Shown in pieces: positions 20,775-29,413 of a stretch of 64,000 bases of DNA. The stretch lies in the NCBI GenBank assembly GCA_043747615.1, contig JAYTOU010000044.1, positions 1 to 64,000 of the forward strand, written 5' to 3'. A program made the position numbers and the translations under genes. The stretch's first letter is position 1. Each line of letters starts with the position of its first letter. The notes below the pieces were generated by a model. The model saw nothing but the letters and a program-made list of their open reading frames with translations. It ran no database searches and was not told the origin of the DNA. This stretch comes from Myxococcales bacterium (lineage in GTDB: Bacteria > Myxococcota_A > Polyangia > Polyangiales > Polyangiaceae).

Positions 20775-21682
20775 GAGCGCACTCCTCGGGAACGAAAGAA
20801 GCCAATGAGCGGGCCGAGGTACGGACGGAGCGTGTCGACCTCCAGCATGTCGACGCCCGCATTCTTCGAGAGCGCGCGAATGCGATCTTCGGTCTCGCGC
20901 ACCGCGACTTCGAGCCGCGCGCGCTGCTTTGCGTTTCCGGTGTCGACCTCGACCACCTCTCCCGTCTCGGCATCCTCCAGGGTCACCAAGCCGACGTCGG
21001 GAAGCTGCCGGTCGTGAGCGTCGCCCGTCCGAATGGTGACCACGTCGTGCCGACGTGCGAGCCCACGAAGCTCGACGAGACTCTCGTCCAGACCCTTCGC
21101 ATCCAGCAGAAAGTCCGAGAGGACGACGAGCACGGTTCTTCGGCGTAGGCGCTCGCGGACCGTGCGGAGCGCCGCAGTGAGGTTCGTGCCTCGGCCCTTG
21201 GGCTGGAAGGCGACGAGCCCGGACACGACGCGGAGCGCATGCGATCTCCCCCGCGCAGGCGGGACGAAGCTCTCGACGGTGTCCGTGAAAAGCGCGAGGC
21301 CGACGCGGTGGTCGCAACGAAGGGCGGCGAGCGCGAGGACCCCTGCGATTTCGACGGCCTGCTCGCGCTTCGTCGACTCGCCCGCACCGAGCGCGCCCGA
21401 GGCGCTCATGTCGACGAGGAAGAAGATCGTGAGCTGCCTCTCCTCGCGGTACTTCTTCACGAAGGTCCGGCCAGTGCGAGCGCTCGCGTTCCAGTCGATG
21501 GCGCGGACGTCGTCCCCCGGCGCGTATTCGCGCACTTCGTCGAAGTCCATCCCGCGGCCGCGAAAGCGCGACTGCACGCCGCCTTGGAAGGCGCCGGTGC
21601 TCACGCGGCGCGAGCAAATCTGGATGCGTCGCATCCTGTCGTGCATGCGCGCGTGCAATGTCGTCGCAGCGTCCGCCTTCAT
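20771..21682 (-). CDS. DUF58 protein
   Basis: GMDFDEVREYAPGDDVRAIDWN, DMSAS, LSDF. Confidence 0.93.
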   Translation of the reverse strand: MKADAATTLHARMHDRMRRIQICSRRVSTGAFQGGVQSRFRGRGMDFDEVREYAPGDDVRAIDWNASARTGRTFVKKYREERQLTIFFLVDMSASGALGAGESTKREQAVEIAGVLALAALRCDHRVGLALFTDTVESFVPPARGRSHALRVVSGLVAFQPKGRGTNLTAALRTVRERLRRRTVLVVLSDFLLDAKGLDESLVELRGLARRHDVVTIRTGDAHDRQLPDVGLVTLEDAETGEVVEVDTGNAKQRARLEVAVRETEDRIRALSKNAGVDMLEVDTLRPYLGPLIGFFRSRGVRS

Positions 21683-22728
21683 GGCGACACCACGGAGTGA
21701 AGGACGCGTCGCACGATCTCGTCGCCGTCGATTCCCTCGGCTTCGGCGACGAAGCTCAACGTCAGGCGATGCCGCAGCACGTCGGGAGCGAGCAGCTTGA
21801 CGTCTTCGGGCACGACGTATCCGCGACCCTGAAGAAATGCCCAGGCGCGCGCAGCGAGCGTGAGAGCGATCGTTCCACGCGGCGAGACCCCGGCGCGCAG
21901 AAGCCCTTGGATGGGAACGTTGCGACCCGGATCGCGCGTCGCGCAGACGATGCGAACGATGTAATCGCGGACCGCGTCATCCACGTAGACCTGGTCGACG
22001 ATCTGACGAGCACGAAGCACTGTGTCGAGCGCCACGACCGGCGTCACGGCGAGCGAGGGTTTGCTCACCGCCATCGAGTCGAGAATGGCGCGCTCTTCGG
22101 CGGCGTTCGGGTACTTCACGATCACCTTCATCATGAAGCGATCGATCTGCGCCTCGGGCAGCGGGTAGGTACCTTCTTGCTCGAGCGGGTTTTGTGTCGC
22201 GAGAACGAGGAACGGATCGGGCAAACCGAACGACTCATCGCCGAGGGTGACCTGACGCTCTTGCATCGCTTCGAGGAGCGCGCTCTGCACCTTTGCGGGA
22301 GCGCGGTTAATCTCGTCAGCCAGGATGAGATTCGCGAAGACGGGGCCGTGTTTGACTTCGAACGACGCAGAGTGCGTGTGATAGATCGTCGTGCCTGTGA
22401 TGTCCGACGGAAGCATGTCGGGCGTGAACTGGATCCGGGAAAAGCGCGCTCCGTGAATGCTTCCCGCGAGGGTCTTCAGGGCCAGCGTTTTTGCGAGACC
22501 AGGCACGCCCTCGAGGAGGATGTGGCCGTTCGTGAGAAGGCCGATGAGAAGGCGATCGATGAGCCCCTTCTGTCCGACGATGACGCGCCCCATTTCGCGC
22601 TGAAGAGGCACGATCCATTTGGACGCTTCGTCCATCCGCTGCTCGAGCTCTCGGATCTCACAGCCGACGATCGGCATCGCGTTGGTGGTGCCGTTCGTCT
22701 TCTGGGTGACTTCGCGTGACATGGTCAT
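21679..22728 (-). CDS. moxR: MoxR-family AAA+ ATPase
   Basis: GVPGLAKT, RIQFTPD, LADEINRAPAKVQSALLEAMQE, ATQNP. Confidence 0.96.
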   Translation of the reverse strand: MTMSREVTQKTNGTTNAMPIVGCEIRELEQRMDEASKWIVPLQREMGRVIVGQKGLIDRLLIGLLTNGHILLEGVPGLAKTLALKTLAGSIHGARFSRIQFTPDMLPSDITGTTIYHTHSASFEVKHGPVFANLILADEINRAPAKVQSALLEAMQERQVTLGDESFGLPDPFLVLATQNPLEQEGTYPLPEAQIDRFMMKVIVKYPNAAEERAILDSMAVSKPSLAVTPVVALDTVLRARQIVDQVYVDDAVRDYIVRIVCATRDPGRNVPIQGLLRAGVSPRGTIALTLAARAWAFLQGRGYVVPEDVKLLAPDVLRHRLTLSFVAEAEGIDGDEIVRRVLHSVVSP

Positions 22729-22923
22729 GATCGTTCGCTCCTGGTTGGGGACTGGCGTCCCGTCTAAAAAGAACCTGAGCGGTCTCCCTTGCGGTGACCT
22801 TGCGCGAAGATGACAACGTTGAAAGGAAGAACCGGCGCCGGCGATCGCGTGCCGTAGATCGTTCGGTGGAGCACGGCTCGATCCGCGGAATAAGCGAGGC
22901 CGACGCACCGTTGGGACCGTTGC

Positions 22924-24165
22924 ATGAGACTCGGACCTCCCACCGAAGACAGTCTCCGCGCATACTTTGCGGGCATCGGTAACGAGCGACTGCTTACGCG
23001 CGACGAGGAAGTCTCGCTCGCGATGCGGGTCGAATCCGCGGAGGCCGAAATCGCGCGCGTGCTTGCAGGCTCGGAGCTGGCAGTCGCCGAGCTCGTCGCG
23101 ACGGCGAACGCGCTCCGAGACGAACGACTGCGACCACGCGAGGTGACCCGCCGCTCGACGGGCGAGGACGGGGACGCCGAACGGGCCCGCACGAACCGCA
23201 TCTTTCTGCCGATCCGCCGGCTCGCGCGCGCTCAGCGGATCGGCGCGCGCGGACCGAACTTCAAACGAGAGAAGGAGCGCGCGGAGCGGGCACTCGGCGC
23301 ACTGCGACCTTCGCGTCTATTGCTCGAGCGCATCGTAGACGCGCTGCGGGCGCGGGGCGACGGCGAGTTGAACCCGGGTGCGACACCCCTCGAAGCGATG
23401 CAGCTCGAAGCCCTCCGAGTGACGCTGGCAGCCGTGTCCCGCGTCGAGCATGAAGCCGCCCGGGCCCGCGCGCGCCTCGTCAAACCGAATCTGCGTCTCG
23501 TGATCTCGATCGCCAAGAAGCTTCGCTACGAGGGTGTCCAGCTGATCGATCTCGTGCAGGCTGGGAACATCGGACTCATGCGAGCGGTGGACAAATTCGA
23601 TTACCAGCGCGGCTACAGGTTCAGCACCTACGCCACGCTCTGGATCCGCCAGAGCATCCGGCGCTCGTTCGCGGACACCGGACGCACGATCCGCCTGCCG
23701 ATCCACGTGTCCGCGGTCGCTCGCGACGTCGCCAAGACACGCCGCACGCTCGAAGGAGAGCGCGCTCGCTCAGCGACCGTGGAGGAGCTCGCCGAAGCGA
23801 GCGGACTCTCGGAGGAAACCGTGGGCGCGGCCATTCGCGCATCACGCGAGCCGGCGAGCCTCGATGCCACGACGGACCTCGACGGACGATGCCTCGGGGA
23901 CACCCTCGAAGATCCGGAGAGACAGCAACCGTTCGAGACGCTGTTGTCGAAGCTCGTCGCAGCGGCGGCGACGGAGTTACTGGAACACTTGACCGCGCGC
24001 GAGCGTGACGTGCTCCGTATGAGGTTCGGTCTGGGAGACGCGCGCGAGCGGACCGCCGATGAAATCGGTCAGTGCCTTTCGCTCACGCCGCGGCGCGTTC
24101 GCCAGATCGATATAGGCGCGCTACGGAAGCTTCGAGAGCTCACGAATCATCTGCCGATGGAATGA
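22924..24165 (+). CDS. Second RpoD-like sigma70 factor with divergent recognition residues
   Basis: [58 protein letters not shown]. Confidence 0.9.
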   Translation: MRLGPPTEDSLRAYFAGIGNERLLTRDEEVSLAMRVESAEAEIARVLAGSELAVAELVATANALRDERLRPREVTRRSTGEDGDAERARTNRIFLPIRRLARAQRIGARGPNFKREKERAERALGALRPSRLLLERIVDALRARGDGELNPGATPLEAMQLEALRVTLAAVSRVEHEAARARARLVKPNLRLVISIAKKLRYEGVQLIDLVQAGNIGLMRAVDKFDYQRGYRFSTYATLWIRQSIRRSFADTGRTIRLPIHVSAVARDVAKTRRTLEGERARSATVEELAEASGLSEETVGAAIRASREPASLDATTDLDGRCLGDTLEDPERQQPFETLLSKLVAAAATELLEHLTARERDVLRMRFGLGDARERTADEIGQCLSLTPRRVRQIDIGALRKLRELTNHLPME

Positions 24166-24571
24166 TTCCGGCGAGCTCGCAGGCCGCGGCGCGCACACGT
24201 TCATGCTGCACGACGAGGGCGGCTTTGACTGCGCTCGGCCACTCGAGCTCGAGTGCCTTCTCGTAGCGCACATCGGTGCGGTGCTGCGAACGACGACACG
24301 CGGCGACGGCATTGCGAGCTTTGTGTCCCGCCGCGCGCGCCAAGAGATTGTCCCGGAGCTCGCGCCCGAGCGCACTCCAAGAGCCGAGGTGTCCTCGACC
24401 GACCGGGGCGGTCAAACGTTCGAGCTCAGTCGAGAAGCGCCGGCGCTCGTCCGCGAGACGAGTCAGCACGGCGCTCCTTTGCGCGTCGACGAGCTTGCTT
24501 CCGTGGACGAGTGTTCGTTCGTCGTCGAGACATGATTCGATGATCGTTGTGATCGCAGTCGAGCTTTCCAT
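24140..24571 (-). CDS. PA2169/DUF2383-like four-helix-bundle protein (divergent)
   Basis: IIESCLDDE...ERRRFSTELE...YEKAL...V..QHERV; resembles 34443-34922. Confidence 0.6.
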   Translation of the reverse strand: MESSTAITTIIESCLDDERTLVHGSKLVDAQRSAVLTRLADERRRFSTELERLTAPVGRGHLGSWSALGRELRDNLLARAAGHKARNAVAACRRSQHRTDVRYEKALELEWPSAVKAALVVQHERVRAAACELAGIIPSADDS

Positions 24572-24584
24572 TCCATGCTTAGAA

Positions 24585-24600
24585 AGCAGGAGCCGTGCCA
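24585..24600 (-). promoter_or_regulatory. sigma54 promoter
   Basis: TGGCAC-GGCTC-CTGCT. Confidence 0.7.
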
Positions 24601-24630
24601 CCTCGTGCACGCGCCTTGATGGGGTGCCGC

Positions 24631-25029
24631 TCACGAGTCGGTGTCGAGGTCCTGCATCGGCCCTTCGCTCGGGACGACGCCTCCTTCGCTCGATGCACCC
24701 GCCGACGCGCCCGAATACGTTCCGCGAGTGGCGCGCGGTTGATTCGGTGCGGCCGCGCCCATGTTCCCCTGGCTGACGCCGATTGCGCGATCGAGCAGCT
24801 CATCGTGCGCGCTCAGCCTCGTCCCCTCGTCGTCGAGCGTTTGACCCGTGAAAGCTCCGATCGCCGTTCCAAGGAGGCCGCCCGCTAATGCGCCCACCGG
24901 ACCTGCGATCGCTCCGACCGCAACGCCAGCGATCGCACCCGAAAAAGCCGACGCGTCGCGCATGGCGTGTAGATGAAGGTGGGTCGAAAGCGGGCTAGAA
25001 TCCGCAGCGGCGGGCGTGTTCTTGGTCAT
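24631..25029 (-). CDS. Small glycine-zipper protein
   Basis: GAIAGVAVGAIAGPVGALAGGLLGTAIG. Confidence 0.7.
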   Translation of the reverse strand: MTKNTPAAADSSPLSTHLHLHAMRDASAFSGAIAGVAVGAIAGPVGALAGGLLGTAIGAFTGQTLDDEGTRLSAHDELLDRAIGVSQGNMGAAAPNQPRATRGTYSGASAGASSEGGVVPSEGPMQDLDTDS

Positions 25030-25041
25030 GCCTTCCTCATA

Positions 25042-25057
25042 AGCAAGCCATGAGCCA
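25042..25057 (-). promoter_or_regulatory. sigma54 promoter
   Basis: TGGCTC-ATGGC-TTGCT. Confidence 0.7.
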
Positions 25058-25077
25058 AGCGAGGAGCGTCCTCGTCG

Positions 25078-25911
25078 TCAGGCGGCTCGAACGACGAGCA
25101 CCGAGCAGGGCGCCGTGCGAACGATCTTCTCGGCGACGCTTCCGAAGACGCGCGCGATGCCCGTTTTTCCGTGCGTGGCGATCACGATGAGCTCCGCACC
25201 ACTCGCCTCTGCCTCGCGCACGATGGCCGCCGCGGCGGAACCATCGAGGATCAAGCTCTCCCCCGTCGCGCCCGCTTTATGCATCATTTCGGTGAGCCGG
25301 ACACGCGCAGGTTCGCGCTGATCGGACCGGTGGGGAGCCAAAAGGTAGAGCACCTCTCTTTCGACGAAGCCGACCGCGTGGACTGTCTTCAGCGCTACGC
25401 CGCGTCGTCGTGCTTCCTCGGCCGCAGCAGTCACGGCCGGAAGTGACGGCTCCGAGAGATCCGTCCCCGCGAGCACGCATCCGCGTGCTGCACTCGGGCG
25501 AGCGATGAGCACGCGGCAGTGGGCGTGACGAACGACGCGCTCTGCGACGCCGCCGAGCACCCGCGAAAGACCGGAGTGTCCGTGGCTTCCTACGACGACG
25601 ATGTCGGCCTTCCAACTTTCGGCGCGACGCACGATCTCCGCGTAGTCCGTTCCTTGGTCCACGAAGAACTCGGCCTCGCGTCCGCCTGTGCGCCCGACTT
25701 GTTCTCGGAGAGCGTCCATTACGCGGACCGTGATCTTCGCGACATCGAGCGCGTCTTGCGCATGTTGCTGCGGGAAGAGCATGCTGATCGTCTGGAGAGA
25801 CGGGACCACGTGCATCACGGCGAGGGTCCCGTCCGTGCCAGCAAGCGCTGCGCCCTGTCGCACCGCCTCATCCGCAGGTTTGCTCAGATCCGTCGCAACG
25901 AGTACGCGCAT
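25078..25911 (-). CDS. Tandem-domain universal stress protein (paralogue of 10501-11388)
   Basis: MRVLVATDLS...DQGTDYAEIVRRA..WKAD...GSVAEKIVRTAPCSVLVV. Confidence 0.93.
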   Translation of the reverse strand: MRVLVATDLSKPADEAVRQGAALAGTDGTLAVMHVVPSLQTISMLFPQQHAQDALDVAKITVRVMDALREQVGRTGGREAEFFVDQGTDYAEIVRRAESWKADIVVVGSHGHSGLSRVLGGVAERVVRHAHCRVLIARPSAARGCVLAGTDLSEPSLPAVTAAAEEARRRGVALKTVHAVGFVEREVLYLLAPHRSDQREPARVRLTEMMHKAGATGESLILDGSAAAAIVREAEASGAELIVIATHGKTGIARVFGSVAEKIVRTAPCSVLVVRAA

Positions 25912-26017
25912 GCTCCTCGCATCGCACCCGTGTGCGGAGGTGTCAACGTGCAGCCCATTATCGTCGGACCATTGGCGACGCGCGATGTCGTTCGGACCCG
26001 CACGACAACGCGCAGAT

Positions 26018-26033
26018 CGGCACGATACGTGCT
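26018..26033 (+). promoter_or_regulatory. sigma54 promoter
   Basis: CGGCAC-GATAC-GTGCT. Confidence 0.6.
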
Positions 26034-26078
26034 CAGTCGGTGAGGAGGAGCCCGGCAAGTTCGCCGGGAGAATTCGAC

Positions 26079-26597
26079 ATGACGAAGCCCGTGCCCCGCG
26101 AAATTGAAGGGCAAGAGAACGCCGTCCAAGGAGTGTTCCACATGCCGCTCAGCGCGGGCGACGCATTCCTGCGCATTCTCGTTGCCGTCGATGACTCGTC
26201 CCACGCGCTCGACGTCGTTGCAGCAGCCGTTGAGCTTGCCCGCTCCAGCGGGGCGTCGATGCGACTTTTTCATGCGCTCTCGATCCCGCCCGAGTTTCCT
26301 CCCGCGGCACATGTCGCGGTGGACGATCCGCTCCCCCGATACCTCCACGATGAAACGCTGCGCCGGCTCGAGGCACTCAAGGGCGCAGTCGGCAACGTGC
26401 CTTGCGACGTTCACGTCGAGGAGTCCGAAAGTCCGTGGCGCGCGATTCTCGCGGCCGCGGATCAATTCGCTGCCGACCTCATCGTTCTTGGAAGCCACCG
26501 ATACACGCTGCTCGATCGTGTCCTCGGCACGACCGCCGCGAAGGTCGTCGACCACGCGAAGCGCACTGTTTTCGTCGTGCACCCCCGGAGTATCTGA
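26079..26597 (+). CDS. Single-domain universal stress protein
   Basis: RILVAVDDS...ADLIVLGSH...LGTTAAKVVDHA; start may be 26142. Confidence 0.88.
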   Translation: MTKPVPREIEGQENAVQGVFHMPLSAGDAFLRILVAVDDSSHALDVVAAAVELARSSGASMRLFHALSIPPEFPPAAHVAVDDPLPRYLHDETLRRLEALKGAVGNVPCDVHVEESESPWRAILAAADQFAADLIVLGSHRYTLLDRVLGTTAAKVVDHAKRTVFVVHPRSI

Positions 26598-26654
26598 GCG
26601 CGAGAGCGACTCCGCGGCGAGTTGTGGTCCGGAGTCGGCTCTCGGCTTCGCTGA

Positions 26655-26861
26655 TCAGTGGTGGTGCCGACTGCCTCCGCGGCGCCAACTCCACCTTTTG
26701 TGCTCCGTGGGAAGCTCGTCGCTCCCCGTCACCGTCCACACGAACTCCTCTGCGAGCTCTTCCGCGAGTGCGTCGTCGATCCACGAATGACCACCGGCCG
26801 GATCGGGCATGAATGCGTTCCCGTCGTCGCTTCGGTGGGTGTTTCCTAGATGAAATTTCAT
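26655..26861 (-). CDS. Small acidic hypothetical protein
   Basis: GGAGG RBS; RSDDGNAFMPDP...DDALAEELAEEF; sigma54 box upstream. Confidence 0.55.
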   Translation of the reverse strand: MKFHLGNTHRSDDGNAFMPDPAGGHSWIDDALAEELAEEFVWTVTGSDELPTEHKRWSWRRGGSRHHH

Positions 26862-26902
26862 TGGAACCTCCGCGCGAGGGCCACTCGCGTGATCCACGGA
26901 AA

Positions 26903-26918
26903 AGCATCGTGCATGCCA
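26903..26918 (-). promoter_or_regulatory. sigma54 promoter
   Basis: TGGCAT-GCACG-ATGCT. Confidence 0.7.
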
Positions 26919-26994
26919 AGGACTAACGACGTGCGTTGATGCCAATCTCGTACGCGGGCGGAGTTTTCGCCTGCGAATCTCACCTGTCGATGGT

Positions 26995-27027
26995 GGGTCA
27001 TTCCGACACGCCGTGTCCGTTGCACCC
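26995..27027. promoter_or_regulatory. 33-bp double-palindrome motif (copy 2), between divergent sigma54 promoters
   Basis: GGGTC-ATTCC-GACAC-GCC-GTGTC-CGTTG-CACCC. Confidence 0.7.
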
Positions 27028-27069
27028 ACCTCGAAGGGTCAAGGGGCTCATTTTTGCGATCGAGGCTCG

Positions 27070-27085
27070 TGGCATGCGAGGTGCT
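27070..27085 (+). promoter_or_regulatory. sigma54 promoter of the BON operon
   Basis: TGGCAT-GCGAG-GTGCT. Confidence 0.65.
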
Positions 27086-27104
27086 CCTCATGCGAGGTGC
27101 TCCT
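27073..27104 (+). repeat. Perfect 16-bp tandem duplication
   Basis: CATGCGAGGTGCTCCT twice (27073-27088, 27089-27104). Confidence 0.9.
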
Positions 27105-27145
27105 GCAGTTCCGAGCTCACGAAATCCATTCCACGAGAGTCCCTC

Positions 27146-28651
27146 ATGAACTTGGTCCAGTCTCAAAGGTCGCGCGTCGTCGCCTCCGTACTCGTTTTCG
27201 TCGCTGGTCTCGCGGTCGGGCCCGTCGCCTGCCACAAGGACACGAAGTCTGCAGAGCCCACACCGAGCACGGCACCTTCCGCGGAAACGAAGAAGGCACC
27301 GCTCGCCGATCGAGACATCGCCCAGGCCATCCGACGGTACATGAAGAAGGACAGCGTGTTGCGTTCGGAGCACGTGGAGGTCGTCGTCACGCAGGGAATC
27401 GCGAAGCTCACTGGTCTGGTGGCAAGCCTGCTCGCGAAAGAGCACGCGGTGCGTGTCGCCGAGACGATCAAGGGCGTGCGCGCGGTGGTCGACCAGGTGA
27501 CGGTCGCGACCGTCGCGCGCACCGATACGCAACTCAAGAGCGACGTAACGAGCGCGCTCCAACGCGACATCGCCACGCGGCCGTTCGCGATCGGCGTCGC
27601 CGTGAAGGACGGCAACGTGACGCTCTCGGGAACCACCGACTCGTGGCAGCAAAGGAGCCTTTTTGCCGATGTGGCGAAGACGGTCAACGGAGTGAAGGCC
27701 CTCGAGAACTCGATCGGCGTTCATTACGCGGCCACGCGCTCCGAGTCGGAAATTGCTACCGATGTAAAGCGACGCATCGCCAACGACGTGTGGCTCGACG
27801 GGAACGTTCTCGGGGTGACGGCCACGGGACACACCGTGCATCTGATGGGCGTCGTGGGAAGCGTCGGGCAAAAGTCCCGCGCTCACACAGACGCGTGGGT
27901 CGTCGGCGTGGAGGTGGTCGATGACGGCGGGATCGTCGTCGATTGGTCCCTGCGCAACGATCAAAGGCACATCACGGACTACCCGGTGCGGTCCGACGCT
28001 GAGATCACCCAAGCGGTGCGAGACGCGTTCCACCTCGACGCGCGACTCAACACCCAGGAGCCGCAGGTCGCCGCTCACAACGGCGTGGTGCTCCTCTACG
28101 GCTCAGTAAGCGACGCAAGCGCCCGCCGTGCGGCCGAGGCCGACGCAAACGCCACACTTGGCGTGTGGCACGTGCGTAACGAGGTCCTTTCGCAGCCGCT
28201 CGGAAAGGTAAGCGATGCGGACATCGAACGCGGGGTCAAACGTGTGCTCTCCGACGATCCCTTTTTTGCCGACGGCAACGCGATCAAAGTCTCGAGCATC
28301 AAGGGAATGGTGACGCTGAAAGGCACCGTCTCCCCCGACTTCGCACGGTTCGACGCGATCGAAGATGTTGCCGCCATTCCAGGCGTTGCCGAGATCGACG
28401 ACGCTCTCGTCGTCAAGCTCCTACCATCGGAGATCAAGGCCAGCATCGAGGACCGCCTCTCATGGGACCCGCTGGTCGATCGCGCGCTCGTCACCGTAGC
28501 CGTCGGAACGGACGGCGTCGCCACTCTGACCGGAACACTCGATGCATGGAGTGAGATCAAGGCGGCCGCGGATGATGCCCGGCGGGGAGGCGCAACGCGC
28601 GTCGTGAACACCCTCAAGCTCAAGAATCACCCGGAGTTCGTCGCGCAATGA
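27146..28651 (+). CDS. Multi-BON-domain (OsmY-like) lipoprotein
   Basis: Signal peptide with PVAC; about six repeats of D..I...V...L...I.V....G.V.L.G.V......A......GV..V.N. Confidence 0.9.
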   Translation: MNLVQSQRSRVVASVLVFVAGLAVGPVACHKDTKSAEPTPSTAPSAETKKAPLADRDIAQAIRRYMKKDSVLRSEHVEVVVTQGIAKLTGLVASLLAKEHAVRVAETIKGVRAVVDQVTVATVARTDTQLKSDVTSALQRDIATRPFAIGVAVKDGNVTLSGTTDSWQQRSLFADVAKTVNGVKALENSIGVHYAATRSESEIATDVKRRIANDVWLDGNVLGVTATGHTVHLMGVVGSVGQKSRAHTDAWVVGVEVVDDGGIVVDWSLRNDQRHITDYPVRSDAEITQAVRDAFHLDARLNTQEPQVAAHNGVVLLYGSVSDASARRAAEADANATLGVWHVRNEVLSQPLGKVSDADIERGVKRVLSDDPFFADGNAIKVSSIKGMVTLKGTVSPDFARFDAIEDVAAIPGVAEIDDALVVKLLPSEIKASIEDRLSWDPLVDRALVTVAVGTDGVATLTGTLDAWSEIKAAADDARRGGATRVVNTLKLKNHPEFVAQ

Positions 28652-28715
28652 CGACCGCGAACGCGGGAAACGAAACGATAGGCCGCAACCACGCGCGCCG
28701 AGAAAGGATCGAGTC

Positions 28716-29249
28716 ATGACCACGATGCAGGACCATTCCACGGTCGCAATCTACCCCTCACACCTCCAAGCAGAGAGTGCGATCAAGGCGCTGCAGGCCA
28801 CCGGCTTCGACATGAGGAAGCTATCGATCGTCGGTACTCATTTTCAGACCCAGGAGCACGCGATTGGCTTCTACAACACGGGCGATCGCATGCAGTTCTG
28901 GGGCGCGAACGGCGCCTTCTGGGGCGGTCTGTGGGGATCGCTCTTCGGGAGCGCGCTCTTCTTCATTCCCATCGTCGGACCGCTTTTCGTCCTCGGCCCG
29001 CTCGTCGGTTGGATCGCTGGCGCCCTCGAGGGAGCCGCGATTGGCGGCTCGGTCGGTATCCTCGGTGCGGCGCTCGTGGGCGCCGGCGTGCCCGAGAACA
29101 GCGTCGTCTCCTACGAGACGGAAGTAAAAGCTGGCAGTTTTCTCGTTCTTGCGCACGGCACCGCCGACGAGATCGAGCGTGCCCGCTCGATCCTCCGCAA
29201 CGGAGCAAGCCGCGTCGACGCGCACCCCCCGGCGGCGAGGCCTTCGTGA
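28716..29249 (+). CDS. General-stress membrane protein (paralogue of 12305-12823)
   Basis: AESAIKAL...LSIVG...EHAIGFYNTGDRM.FWG..GAFWGGLWG. Confidence 0.85.
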   Translation: MTTMQDHSTVAIYPSHLQAESAIKALQATGFDMRKLSIVGTHFQTQEHAIGFYNTGDRMQFWGANGAFWGGLWGSLFGSALFFIPIVGPLFVLGPLVGWIAGALEGAAIGGSVGILGAALVGAGVPENSVVSYETEVKAGSFLVLAHGTADEIERARSILRNGASRVDAHPPAARPS

Positions 29250-29398
29250 AAAACGACGCGCCCAAAGCCAAGGCGACGGATCCCACGATTGCCGAAGCGC
29301 GGTGGACCGGGCCGCGCTTGTTCGTGCTCGGGGTGGTCACTCTTGCGAGCGCACTGACGATCATCGACATCATCAGCGGCAGCACGACCCCGCACTAA
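29246..29398 (+). CDS. 50-aa single-TM small protein
   Basis: GTGA overlap with the upstream stop; RLFVLGVVTLASALTIIDII. Confidence 0.45.
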   Translation: MKNDAPKAKATDPTIAEARWTGPRLFVLGVVTLASALTIIDIISGSTTPH

Positions 29399-29413
29399 AA
29401 GCGCTCCGACGCG

